From contig OZ024758.1 of NCBI GenBank assembly GCA_964016885.1, forward strand, positions 2,852,001-2,916,000: 64,000 nucleotides of DNA, in the 5' to 3' direction. Both the position numbers and the translations under genes were made by a program. The notes beneath the pieces are model-generated. The model saw only the letters and a program-made list of their open reading frames with translations, did not search any database and was not told the DNA's origin. The DNA comes from Eledone cirrhosa. Its lineage: Eukaryota. Below are positions 49,381-62,994 of the stretch, one piece after another (the stretch's first letter is position 1; each line of letters opens with the position of its first letter).

Positions 49381-49949
49381 AATTACTACCACACATAGCA
49401 ATAACACTGTCACACTTTCTACTCAACTGTTTACTGACCGTAATATGTTTTATTCAGTTCACACAATCGCCACAAGGTCAGAAATATCAACTAACTACGT
49501 TATCTTGTCAATGTTACAATGTTACAATCTATTGTAAATATATACCACTTCGTGACCACATTTACAGGAACATGTATATATACACATCTATATTGCGTGA
49601 CTGGTCTGCCACCCTTATATATATAGTTGTATGTGCGTGTGTTGTAGGCGTGTGTTGTATGCGTGTGTTGTATGCGTGTGTTGTATGCGTGTGTGCGTGC
49701 GTACATCTATGTGTGTGTGTGCGTATGCGAGCGTGCCTCTATGTGTATGCGTCTATGTATGTGTGTGTGTGCGTTGTCTGTGTCTACACACAGACAGGGA
49801 TACATATAACATATGTTTATATACATAAACGTATACATATATACCTTTGTAACATGTATGTATATATACAATAAGTATAAAGCCATAGCATACATATATA
49901 CGCATCTATATTTAAACACAAAGACATACATATATACCATCATAACATC

Positions 49950-50356
49950 TATATATATATATATACATACAATAAATAGATAGCTATACATATATACACA
50001 TGTCTATATATATACATATATATATATACTAAATAGATAGCCATACATATATACACATGTCTATATATATACATATATATATATACTAAATAGATAGCCA
50101 TACATATATACACATGTCTATATATATACATATATATATATACATACAATAAATAGATAGCCATACATATATAGACATGTCTATATATATATATACATAT
50201 ATATATATATACTAAATAGATAGCCATACATATATACACGTCTATATATATATACATACATACATACATACATACATACACTAAATAGATAGCCATACAT
50301 ATATACACATATCTCTATATATATATACATACATATATACACATATCTCTATATAT

Positions 50357-50387
<31 letters not shown>

Positions 50388-50567
50388 CATATATATACAC
50401 TAAATAGATAGCCATACATATATACACATGTCTATTTATATACATACATACATATATATATACACTAAATAGATAGACATGTGTATATATGTATGGCTAT
50501 TTATATACATACATATATATATACACTAAATAGATAGCCATACATATATACACATGTCTATATACAT

Positions 50568-50600
<33 letters not shown>
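49950..50600. repeat. ~58-bp minisatellite (ACTAAATAGATAGCCATACATATATACACATGTCTA...)
   Basis: About 9 units; one unit has an internal inversion. Confidence 0.9.
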
Positions 50601-50601
<1 letters not shown>

Positions 50602-50799
50602 CATTGTATCCTTATCACAGGAACTGGGGACCGTGACGAGAAACCGACATTGTTGTGGGGGGTGAGTGCTGATGTTCCCCCCTCGGATCCAATTTCATGG
50701 TCTGCCACCCTTTTTTCTGTTACCAAAAAGAGATTCGTCATCAGAGTAGCCCCTTACTTAAAGGAAAAACTATTATCTTATTACTAATGAACTTTCTCT

Positions 50800-51140
50800 G
50801 GCCCTTTCCCCCCCTCTCTCCGTCTATGACCCTTTCTCCTATCTATCTATCTATCTAGCTCTCCCCTACCTCTGTATCTATCTGTGACTCTCCATCTCTC
50901 CCTCTATTTATTAATCACACTCTCCCCTTCTCTCTGTATCTATCTGTCATTCCCTCCCTCTCTATCCCCCTCTAGCTACCTATCTATCTATCACCCTTTC
51001 CCCTCTATCTATCTATCTATCTATCTATAATCCTCTCTCTATCTATCTATAATCCTCTCTCTCTACCTTTCACCCTTTCCCTATCTATCTATCTATCTAT
51101 CTATCTCTCTCAACCTTTTCCCCCCTCTCTCCTCCTAATC
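50800..51140. repeat. (CTAT)n/CT-rich low-complexity tract
   Basis: Direct inspection. Confidence 0.85.
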
Positions 51141-51440
51141 CTCCCATAATTAACTGACAATACTCGAATCTATCAGGCAATAATTTGTTTTCACACTTTT
51201 GTAAACAATTGTTTGTTATTAGTTTCAGTTTTCTCTAGTTGTCTTTATAGTAGTTCATGTTAGCTTTAGTAAAGGATGAATTAATAACAATAATTTATAG
51301 ATACAACTGGCTGGGGTTAATCATTTCTCAGGTCAATAACTTCCGATACTGTTTTGATTATTTCTATTTTTTCTCTTTGTATTTTAGTCAGAAGGAAGTT
51401 ATTGTACTTGTCACCTTTGTCACTTTTCCTCCTGTATACG

Positions 51441-51470
51441 ACTAGTGAGACCGTTACGGTTAACGGTTTT
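51441..51470 (-). mobile_element. Helitron-like 3' terminus
   Basis: Minus strand: hairpin ACCGTTA-ACCG-TAACGGT, then CTCA, CTAG and T. This is the hairpin+CTAG/T signature; no 5' TC end was identified. Confidence 0.45.
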
Positions 51471-53169
51471 CAAATAAATTATTAACATTTTTAGAATGTA
51501 TATGTAATACCTGCTCTCTATTAACAAACAAATATAAAATTACATATCCATGCGAGACCTATATAACAGCACACCAACTGCTCATTGTGTGTGCTTTTGA
51601 TTTGTTCTTCTTAATATAAAAACAAGCAAGGAAACAAAACTGCTTGAACAATAGAAGAGGGTTGAGATTTAGTGGAATGTTTCTGACTAGCATATCAGCC
51701 CCTCCCCCTGTTCACTTGCTGACATGGAAGGGATTTAACTAGAGGTGACAATTACCCGCAATAGACCAGTATTTTATACAAAGTCACTCAGCCATTACAC
51801 TCCTAAAAATATAACTGAGAAAAATTATAATTACCTTTTTTTTTGTTAAACAGAGGAACAGACATAATAAAACAGACAATATAGATGATATTAGATGCAA
51901 ATGAACGCGATTTAATTAAGCTTTATATATATTGAATTTCAAATGAAAACAAAATATTATCTCTGATCGAGACGAAGCGACAGTGTGTTTGAATACATAT
52001 AAAAATGAGAAAGCTCATCATTAGAACAGCAGTTAAAACAGATAAATGTTGTCAAATACAGCAATGGGAAAAACCGTCTCAACGGTCAAAATATGGGTGG
52101 GTGACAAGGTGGGTGACAGGCAGATGAAATATAGAAAAGATTGAAAGAAGAGGGGGGACAAGGAGAGGAAATAAAGGAAGGCTATATACAAGACAAGTTT
52201 ACACACACACACATCTTCATGCTCATTAGCTCTGAAACCACAAAGTGGTTTCGCATGATTGGAATTAGAGTACAATTTTAAAATGCTGGATCGTGCAACA
52301 GACAAATAAATCTTTCTGCTGGTATGGAGTTTGTGTGATTAACCAAACGGCACAGATAGGAGAACAGGACAGACACCACAGCTTGAAGTTCACTATTCCA
52401 TTATTTTCTTTTTCTTTGTTTTATTTCGTCCTATCTATGCTGTTTGTTTTATCACAATGATATCCCATCATTGCCTTAATAAAGAGAAGAGTGCATTATC
52501 CGTCTAACAAGGGAGGATGATAACAATTGAAAAGATTTTATAATAGCTCGATTAGTTTTGACCTGGGGCTGAATAACAACAACAAAAACCAATATATTTG
52601 TCCAATATAATCATCCATTCCCTTTCACTTTCAAATATTATTCTCGTGTCTAATTAAAACAGATCAATGATTATTTGCAAGATAATTATTTGATGTCGAG
52701 AACTCTAAATTTTAATTAACCTCCTGCTACTACTTAATTACTATCCACGAGGAATGGATGAATCTGCGGCCATGATAAACGTAACCTGCTCGAGGGCTAT
52801 ATTCGTGTGATCGAGACATAATCCACGTGATTGGAAAACGAACCGTTCAATTATACAGCCATGTATGCACCGATATATAATGTTTAAATATTTTGTTCTC
52901 ATGACAACATTAAATGTCACGAGTATAGCCATATTGTTGTGGACAGTTCACATTATGTCGTCTACACTATAGACATTCAGGTGTAAATCAGTTTATCAAA
53001 AGAAACAACAAAACCCTGCCAAAAATATTCCATAAACTTTATTTTATCAAGCAAAAATTTATTAACGAAAGATATAGCCAATTCGAATATTATTCCCAAA
53101 ACCTTTCTCAGCATATTTAATCAATTCTTACACGTCATTTCTAGATCCGACTTCATTATTTCTCCTTAC

Positions 53170-53238
53170 TCGATAAAATAATGTACCAGTAATGTACTGG
53201 GTAATTGCTGGCCTTGTGCCAAAAGTAGAAACAATTAT
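53170..53238 (+). mobile_element. SINE family A, 3' fragment
   Basis: TCGATAAAATAATGTACCAGTAATGTACTGGGTAATTGCTGGCCTTGTGCCAAAAGTAGAAAC. Confidence 0.85.
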
Positions 53239-54360
53239 TTCTCCTTACCTTATACATTTCTCTACCTATAATATACGTTACAACCATGCCTGAGCTCTTA
53301 ATCAACAGAAAATAGCTTCTCTACTATTTCAATGTCTTCGAAATCCTGTTGTCATGCGGTTAATAGCTTGTCTTGGAAATCAAAAAATCCCGATGTCGAT
53401 CCAGTTACACAGAACATTTGGCAGATAGCTTGTTTTCGATATAAATCTTTTGTGTGGAATTCGGGAGATTGTGAAAATTGTTGGTGTTGTGCTTAAATCA
53501 CAAACCTTTTTATTGTCGAGCGTATTTAGAAAACTCACAAAAACTTAATAGATATGGAAACGTAATGGTTTGTGTTGTATTTACGAAGCAACCACAATGT
53601 CAAGGAATGTCATTACCCTATTTCTGGCATTTTCTGTTTGATTATAATTCACAATTCGCTAATTACGAATACCCCAGCCAAAAGCACTGTAAATATAGAG
53701 TGATTATACCCTAAAATCTCTACACTGCACCCGACTGGAAGTCAGTACTTCACCAAATACTTACTAGCAATAATTGCTTGTCTTCCTTCCAAATCCAGAA
53801 AAAGCTTTCACCCTCAAGTCGACATGCCGCCTACAGGGAAACACAAGAGGTTAGAAATAATAACTAGATCGCTTCAAAGAAAATAGGCACGCATCGGTTA
53901 TTATCTAAGGCATTCTATACCTGAAAACGTAGGCACCCGATGGAAAACAATGCAGTCATTTGTAAATACATTCACTGAACCATGGAGCATTTAAGGGCAA
54001 AACAGTTTACTATCTGTCTACATGAATCTAGACAAGTTAAACTACAGAAGACCAAGATGGACATCAGTCTCAAACCCTTGAGATATATGTGAGTCACTAT
54101 AAGAACTATAAACAATGGTTCTTTTCCCTTACCAAAATATTTGTAAGTCAATATATGAATCTTTTTTGCATGTGTATTTACATACGTGCATGTAAGCATA
54201 TGTATAAGTGGATACTTGCAGGAAATATCTACGTATGTGTCAATTTATATATATAGAATTCTTCTAATATATATATATATATATGATACATAGATATTGT
54301 ATGAAAAGAGAATATACATACACACATATATATATATTTATATATATATATATATATATA

Positions 54361-54744
54361 GGTACGTATGTATATATGTATGAATGCCAATGTGCCTGTG
54401 TGCGTAGCTTTTCATATGAATACACCCACACACACACATATATATATAGGTACGTATGTGTGTATGCATATATGTATGAATGCCTATGTACCTGTGTGCG
54501 TAAGTTTTCATATGAATACAGAGACACACCCGCACATTATATATATATATATATATATATATAGGTACGTATGTATATATGTATGAATGCCAATGTGCCT
54601 GTGTGCGTAGCTTTACATATGAATACACCCACACACTCACACACATATATATATATAGGTACGTATGTGTGTATGCATATATGTATGAATGCCTATGTAC
54701 CTGTGTGCGTAAGTTTTCATATGAATACAGAGACACACCCGCAC

Positions 54745-54780
<36 letters not shown>

Positions 54781-54805
54781 ATATATATATATGTATATAT
54801 ATATA
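54361..54805. repeat. Higher-order tandem repeat (AB)2, period ~203 bp
   Basis: GGTACGTATG starts at 54361, 54449, 54564 and 54658; alternate units are nearly identical. Confidence 0.9.
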
Positions 54806-55909
54806 CTTAAAGAATAATTTAATTTTCCATAAAACTCCACATCCCTTTCCTATTGGTTGCTTAACATTGAATATCTATATACATTTGTCTTCTCCCTGCT
54901 TTAAAGTGTTTTCTCTAAATGTCGTATTAATGTAGGCGTTTATTGTTATACACAAATGACAAACACATATATTGAAACACACACATACAGAATATCTACA
55001 ATTTCTTACACGTTTATACATACTTAAACCTCATCTACATAACACATACCATACAAAGTGTTTGAAATTTAATAAATGGTATAAAGAAATCTATTTATTG
55101 CACCCTTCATCTAAATTGTTCGCCTGATTTTTCTGTTGAATTTTATCTATCAAGTTTTCTTTCTATCTATAATTTCTCTCTTCCATTTATTGATTATATG
55201 TTTCAGTGGTAATCACTACTTGATGGGAATAATGCAGCCTGGAGGATGCTGATGGAAAGTGCATATTTTTATCTGTAGTTCTAAATTGATTGATATTTTG
55301 CATTATTATTACATATTGCTTGTTGAAAATGCTTTTCTTCCATTAAGAGAACAATAAATTGAAGTCATTGTTATTGTTGATAATTTTCTCATGTTTTCAT
55401 GCTATTATAGCCGTGCGGTTTTGCTTTGAAAACATATTGTTAGTATTTTTGTCATGTGTTTTGTATGTTTGTCTTTTCTATGGTTCATCATGTTGGGGTT
55501 GTGGGGTTGGGGATGTTGTCATTCCTGTTGTTGATGATGTTGTTGCTACTGTTGTTGTTGCTCTTTCTGAAGCTGTAGCTATGTTTGTTTGTGTTGATTG
55601 TTCTTTTTTCAATCAGTTGTTGGAGTGATATATCTTCTATCTTGCCTTTATTTGAAAATCGTTTCATTTAGTTTTTATCGACACCTACTACCACCACTAC
55701 TACTAATACCATGAGTACTACAACTACTACCACGACTACCATTACCACCACCACGAATAGTAGTATCACCACTACCGATATTACTAATAATAATGAATCG
55801 TTTCTAATAATAATAAAGACATTATCATAAGTTCATATTGATATTATTACTAAAAGAAACCATTATTATTATTATTGATATTAGATTAGTAATAAAAAGT
55901 AATATGTTA

Positions 55910-56127
55910 ACGATTTCTAACAAAGACAGAAGAGCTCACATATTTGTGGACTGAGAAAAATCGATTAAATCTATATCAGTATAATAATGACCGGTTTTCT
56001 TATCGACTTCTGAAGGACAAATTCTGAAGTTGACCCTGACAGAATTCCTACTTCAAAGGCAAAAGGCATAACAAAATATTACAAAGAATTTTATCCAGCG
56101 GGTTATTGATTTTAACATTTAGCACCC
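55910..56127 (-). mobile_element. Ancient, heavily decayed SINE related to family A
   Basis: ATCGATTAAATC...TTATCGACTTCTGAAGGA...AAGTTGACCCTGACAGAATT is colinear with the reverse complement of the family. Confidence 0.5.
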
Positions 56128-57200
56128 TCTCTAAAAGTATAGATATTGGCGAGGATCTGATCTATACCCGTTATCAAACAGTTAAATATGATTCTCGAAC
56201 CCCACATTCCGCCGACAAAGAACAAATGTTTGGTGTTGTAGTTTCACATATTTCATTCTACGTGCCACAATTTGGTTGGTATCGCTGCTTCTGTTGTAGA
56301 CATCTTGACAAACTAGCTAGGTATTTGAGTGAGAGTAAAAATACAAGAAACATTTTAAATTATCCATGATTCCTAACCAGAAATTCTTCAAGAAAAGACT
56401 GTTCTAAACATGCTTATGGACGTCTACAGTTTCTTATATCCTTTGTAAATCCTCCCTGAAATACAAATATGGACGTTATTACGAGTAGCATTGCCCAATT
56501 TCTGAAAGGCAGTGAGCGGTTAGCATCACTCTACATGCCAAGCCTTCATTCTCAGTCTACCCTCGAGCCAGGTAAAGATATGAATTATGAGAATGCATAT
56601 CAGAAAATGAACAAAAGTCCACAGAGTCTTGAACATTCTTGATATCAATAGGATGAGATGTAAGCACCAGGGACTACTTTACCTTACAAAAGGCAACAGA
56701 GCAAATTGATTAACTTAACCCGTTTAATGAAACTGGAAAGACGAAGTTGAGAATTCTGTATTTATCGATAGATTTCACTCAGATCATGTTTGAGTGAGAT
56801 TTATCTACCTAATCAATATCCCACATACTACCCACCTTTAATTAGATCTTAGTTCTAGTGTACAATTATGACTAAACAAGCCAGGCTTCTGTAAATATCG
56901 ATCAGCAATCTCTCTGATTAGTTCTGAGTAAACCTGGTATCCAAATTACTGTTTCATTCCGATAGTTCGATGTAGAGGGCCTCGATTCCTGAGCTGTCAG
57001 ATACCATAGCTAACCGTTGTCCACATTTGCAGACACCACATTTCTGTATGTACATCCAACTCTCAAAGTGAGGTCTCAGAAGCAACGTCCTACCAAATCT
57101 CTGAAAGTGGTTAATTCCTGACTGGTCAGGATCGTGATAGGAACTATTTTGTTACATTACCATTTACACTCACACCTAAAGTGATACCGAGGAAAAAAGA

Positions 57201-57232
57201 AGGGCTGTTGTATAAGCTCATACAACAGCCCT
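57201..57232. other. 32-bp near-perfect palindrome (13-bp stem)
   Basis: AGGGCTGTTGTAT-AAGCTC-ATACAACAGCCCT. Confidence 0.85.
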
Positions 57233-58054
57233 CTGTAGAGATAAATTACTGATAAAAAAGTTATAAATTCAGACTAAGATATGAATATATCATTGACGCT
57301 AGAACTCCTAATGTCTTTGGTATAGTTAACGACCATGTTTAACCCAACTGCACTTGGATTTCAATTCCATCCGAGAAAAATAAATCCTTTTTGTGCAACC
57401 CTATCCTGAAATTATATGCTCCAAACTATAAACCAAAACACCTTATATATGGTGCATATGTGTAATAAAACTGCACGAAATCTGCACTAAAGGGAGAAAA
57501 AAATGTTTTCGAAAATGTAAACATTATCTCGAATATCGTGTTTGAAACGTGAGTGTAGGATTAATATATATTTTATAATATATAATATAACCATTTATTG
57601 CTGAATAATTGATGACTTCATTAACCAATTGTTGGTGTATCAGATTGTTATCATGTAAGCTTAAATATTTCTTTAAACATTTTAAAATTTCAATCTGTAA
57701 ACATACATCCCACTTAAAATATACAGATACTTATAATGTTATACACTTACACACAAAAACACATATAAACACATACGCCCATACCGCATGCAGACCCCCC
57801 CCCCCAATATACATATATATATATATTTTTTTTTTTCATTGATTTTATTATATATATATATATATATGTAAAATCAATGAAGAACGTCAATTTCGTTTGC
57901 CCACCAACATATGAGGAAAAAATTATACAATTTATATATATTTTGTCTGGGAACATGTTTGCTTTTTTATACATAAACATTCGCATTTTCGATATATATT
58001 TATAATGAAATAGATAGAGATGATATAAAGTGTGTATCTTTAGTTTATTACTAA

Positions 58055-58092
<38 letters not shown>

Positions 58093-58148
58093 TTCCAATC
58101 TACTGTAAAACTCATTCTTTGATGTACTCATTGAATCTTGTTTAACTC

Positions 58149-58188
<40 letters not shown>

Positions 58189-58847
58189 ATTTAATTGAGC
58201 AGTAAAGTGACACGAGGGCGGACTAGTGAAATTCCTTCAAAGATTCATTTCATCAAATATTATGTACATTTCAGTGGCCAGGTTACGTAAAATCCTAGGT
58301 AACATCATGAGGTGTATATTGCATAAGTTTTATAATAAAGGCAATTGGTAAAGGTATAATGGTAAACAGAATCCAATGAGGCTACAAGGACGGAAATCAG
58401 AGAATGAAATGTGTATATATATATATATATACGTAGATGCACCCAAATCTTATATTAAAAATGATATATGTTTCAAATATATTGTACCGAAACAATTTTA
58501 CGTTAAAGGAGAGATGTTGAAATGTCAGGAAATTATAAGCTACGTTTTAAAATATTGACTTAAAGCTTTTCATCTCGGAATATAGAGAGGAGGGGGTGAA
58601 TTTAATCTCCGGTTTCTGGGATGAGCAAATGCTCTCAATACGTTAACTCTTAGTGCAGATCAATTTTCAATTGGTTTCTATCTAATTTAATACATTCTGC
58701 AATGGATAATCTTCAATATTACACCCATGGTACATATCAATAGGAAATTCTATCAATTCCTAATTATATCTAGAATAGGACTGAAGACTTAAAATAGAAT
58801 AACAAATGAAAAAAATTTAACTGAAAAACTAAGCATTAAAGAAGATG

Positions 58848-59665
58848 TACTTTCAGGGCCTCAAAATAGGGGTGTTGGAGTATGTGGGTGGCGGGCTGGA
58901 ATAAGTGGGTGGGGTTTGGAATAAGCTGGGTGTTTGGTATAAGCAGGTTGGTTGGAAAACAGTAATTTTTCATGCTTGTCTCCGTGAGATTTTTAAAAAA
59001 CCAGAATTAGTCGTAGTCGTTTAGTTTACATATTGAGACCACAACACTTCCTATTTATTTTACAACGTATGATATTTCTTGTAATGTATTTTTGGTCATG
59101 TGTAATATTTTTTTTTAAGTCTAAAAAAAGAAAAAAATCCGTAGGAGAGAAATTATCAAAAGTTAATAAGTGACGAGTGGCGGGTATTAGAAAAAGAGAG
59201 GGGCGGGGTAGTGAATAATCTGAAAACTTGTTTAGCGAGGGAGGGGGCCGGAAAGAAGAGCGGTGTGTGGTGGAAAAATTCCAAAAAATTAATAAGACGA
59301 GGAGAGAGGCTGGATCAAAGAGCGTGTGTGTGTGGAAAACATCCGAAAAATTAATAAATAGGGAGAGGGGGCTGGAAAAGAGAGCGGGGTGTGTGGAAAA
59401 GAGAGCGGGGTGTGTGGAAAAAATCTGAAAAATTATTAAGCAGGGGAAGGGCTAGAAAAGAGAGCGGGGTGTGTGTGGAAAAATTCCGAAAAATTAATAA
59501 ACTGGGGAGGGGGCTAGTAAAAAGAGTGGTGAGTAAGGTGGAAAAATTCGAGAAAATTAATAAGAGGGCAAGGGAAGGGCTGGAAAAGGGGGCGAGGTGT
59601 GTGTGGAAAAATTCCGCAAAGTAATAAGCGAGGGAAGGGGGAACATTATTCAAGGTCCGAGTGTA
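58848..59665. mobile_element. Probable non-autonomous DNA transposon with G-rich subterminal tandem repeats
   Basis: TA-bounded ends with weak inverted similarity; GGAATAAG repeats at 58895-58950; ~60-bp units AAAATTAATAAG...GGGGCTGGAAAAGAGAGCGGGGTGTGTGGAAAA at 59150-59640. Confidence 0.45.
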
Positions 59666-59759
59666 GTAAGAATACGAAGAATGAAAATATAAACCAATAA
59701 CATTGACACTAGCAATAATTGGCCATTCTGTATAATATAGATTCTATATGTTAAGCAAA

Positions 59760-59905
59760 GGAAAAAAGAGTGTTCTGTGTATAACACAGAGCTATTTAAT
59801 TAGAAAGGGAACAACACACTCTATATAACTACTCTAGACGTATGTTAATATTGTCTAGAATCGTGAAACCTTTGGTAATGGAGTAGTTATATATTGTGTT
59901 GTACA
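59760..59905. repeat. Foldback/hairpin dispersed repeat, copy 2
   Basis: Leader GAGTGTTCTGTGTATAACACAGAGCTATTTAATT; arms ACAACAC...TATATAACTACTC / GAGTAGTTATATATTGTGTTGT. Confidence 0.65.
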
Positions 59906-60177
59906 ATTACTAATTAATATCGAGAGTATCTTAACACCTGATGTTACCTACTCCAAAACTCTACACCCTGTACAATGACTTACAACCAGAGTTAATCTAA
60001 TATGTAATGTATTGATTGATCACTCCGACTACAGGTAAAGCATGATTCTACACAGGTAAACAATGTTTTGTTTGTTTCAATAATAAAATATAATTCTCTA
60101 GCATCAAATCTGTATCAATGATAACCGGTGAAACGAAACATTGAATTGTCAACTGAAAAAAAAATTAATAGGGCCTA

Positions 60178-60654
60178 TAGTACTACTACTACTACTATCA
60201 CTACCGCTGCTACTGCTACTACAACTGTTGCTACTACTACTGTTGCTGTTACTACTACTATTGTTGCTGTTACTACTAATACTACTATCACTATCGCTGC
60301 TATTACTACTACAACTGCTGCTGCTACTACTACTACAACTACTGTTGCTCTTACTACAACTAATAGTACAACTGCTATTACCACTACTACTATTACTACT
60401 ACTAGTACTACAGCCCCTGTTGCTGCTACTCCTACTACTACTCCTACGTATGTGGATGCTACTACTACTACTACTAATAATAATAATAACAAAAGAAATA
60501 ATTCTATCCATATTGACAATGATGATTACTTTTACTAGTTGCTGCTGCTACTACTTCTACTAATATTACTACTGCTTCTACTACTGCCCCAAGCACCACC
60601 ACTAATACCACAACTAGCATTGCTACTACTACTGCAACAACTGCCCCAAGCACC

Positions 60655-60690
<36 letters not shown>

Positions 60691-60750
60691 GATGCAGCTG
60701 ATGATAATACTACTTCCAGCAGCAACACTAACAACAACAACAACAACAAG
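60178..60750. repeat. Degenerate (ACT)n/(GCT)n trinucleotide repeat
   Basis: Direct inspection. Confidence 0.9.
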
Positions 60751-61114
60751 ATAAGGAACAACAAAACAATGACTTCTTTGCTAAGACAAACATCACTACC
60801 AAAATAAAAGTAAATCGAAAGAAAATATAAGAAACTAAAATAATAACATAAATTAAAAAAAAATATAGGAAATCAATTTGTCACTTTTAATCAATTTGTA
60901 GCTTCATTTTCTGAAAGTTCGCATTCAAACAAGTTTCAAATGGACAAATTCTAGTTAAGAAAATATGTGAATAGAGGCATAAATGCTATTGTTTTCAATT
61001 ATAGTTTCTAGGCAAACAATTAAAAAAATTCTTAAATTGGATTGAAAACAAACAACCAGAATGCAATAGGATGAAAGGAAATAAAAATAGGAGATAATAG
61101 ATAAAAACGAGTGA

Positions 61115-61147
<33 letters not shown>

Positions 61148-61304
61148 GATATATACACATAAAAACACATATACATACATACATTTTTATATATACATAT
61201 ATATATATATATATACATACACGTGTGTCAATGCGCGATTGTGTATGTATATATATATATGTATGTAAGTATGCACACACGTGCTAAGGCGAGAAATAAA
61301 ATTC

Positions 61305-61343
<39 letters not shown>

Positions 61344-61373
61344 AAAAGTGATTATATTTGAATACACGCACAC

Positions 61374-61426
<53 letters not shown>

Positions 61427-61864
61427 ATAAACAAATAAGCATTAGCCTTACTCAATTATTGAACACAGAAACTAGTTACCTCGAAACATTTGCCAACATT
61501 TCTGTCAACTGTGTGTGACTGTGTGTGTGTGGGTGTGTGTTGTGTTGTGTGTATGTGTGTGTGTATACATACATGTATAAATACACACACATTATATATA
61601 TATATATTATTGAATCTTGAATTTCACAGATTTTAACAGATTCTAACAGGATTATTCTTATCAAATTCGATAAATTAGAGACATTGAATTATAGTGATCT
61701 GATAAATAAGAGGAATAATAAGATAAAGAAACGGAAAACAAATAAAGACAACAATACAGAACTAAGAAAGATGTATGTTAACAAAATACTTTATTTTATT
61801 GTAAAGTTTAAAAATTTAACGAATGAAATTTCGTCATTAGATATATAAGAAGAGAAATTATAGG

Positions 61865-62125
61865 TAGGGTGAGTGAGAGACAGATAATGAAGGAGAGAGA
61901 GAGAAAGAGGGGGAGGGAGAGAGTGAGAGAGGGATGTAGGTATATGGAGCGAGAGAAAAATGTAGAAGGGGGACAGAGAGAGATAGAGAAAGACAGAGAT
62001 TAATGCAGAGAGAGAGAGAAATGTAGCGAGAGAGACATAGAGAAATATAGCCGGAGAGAGAGGGAGATGGAGAGAGACGGGGTGGGGGTGATAGATAGAG
62101 ATATAGAGTGGAGATGACAGAGAAA
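61865..62125. repeat. GA-rich low-complexity tract
   Basis: Direct inspection. Confidence 0.8.
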
Positions 62126-62431
62126 ACATTAAAGAAACACAAAAACTAAATATCCAACAAGTTATTTTATTTAATTCTTTCTCTATAAACCTACAATGAT
62201 TAACATTAATTAAATTTAATTCAAGAGTAATATCTCTTTTTAACCTACTCACAACGGCTCTTGTTAAATAAGTATTTCTTTATGTTACACATTTGATTGA
62301 CTTCTATAATAAACAATGTAAATAAAGACTAACTTTACAGGAAATCTTTAGTAAATAATTATTTCAGGTATTGCCTAAATCTATGGAATTTTTTTATTCG
62401 TTGATGCGTTATTCACGTCATTATCATTTCG

Positions 62432-62745
62432 GATTGGTGAATTGGCAGTATCAGTAGAGGGTCGGACGCCATGCTTTGTTGCATCGAGTTACGTCCTTTT
62501 ACAGTCTGAGTTCAAATCCCGCCGAGGTTATGTTTGCCTTTCATCCTTACGGGGTCGATAAAATAAAGTACCAGTCACGCACTGGTCGATTTAATCAATT
62601 TCCCATCCCCTTGAAAAAAAAAAAAAAAAAAAAAAAGATTGCTGGCCTTGTGCCTATATAAGAACTCATTTAAGGGTGGTACATTGGCAGTATCGATAGA
62701 GGGTCGAACACCCTGCTGTGCAGCATAGAGTTACGGCCCTTTACG
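62432..62745 (+). mobile_element. SINE family A full copy (internal poly-A) followed by a 5' fragment
   Basis: Copy 62432-62668 has an A-run at 62614-62636; a second head lies at 62675-62745. Confidence 0.88.
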
Positions 62746-62994
62746 GATAACAAATAAACACAAAGAAAAATAAAGAACTCATTTACTTTTCTTCTCTTCA
62801 CTACGAAATTTCTGTTATTGCCATTTGAGAAGACAAAGTGAGTCTTGATCTACTGTAAATAGCAGTAGGTTGTCTACCAAATCATAAGCTACAGTTTCAT
62901 ATATAGGAAAGATAGATTAAACATTACAGTTCTTAAATCTAAAAGTAAAAGAGTCATGTTTGAAATGAATCATGAGTTTCCTGACTTAACAACA

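Noticed and set aside
53345-53480. Very old tRNA-SINE remnant
   Set aside because: Only faint similarity by eye; not supportable without an alignment.
60128-60764. Thr-, Leu- and Ser-rich ORFs
   Set aside because: (ACT)n repeat, open in several frames.
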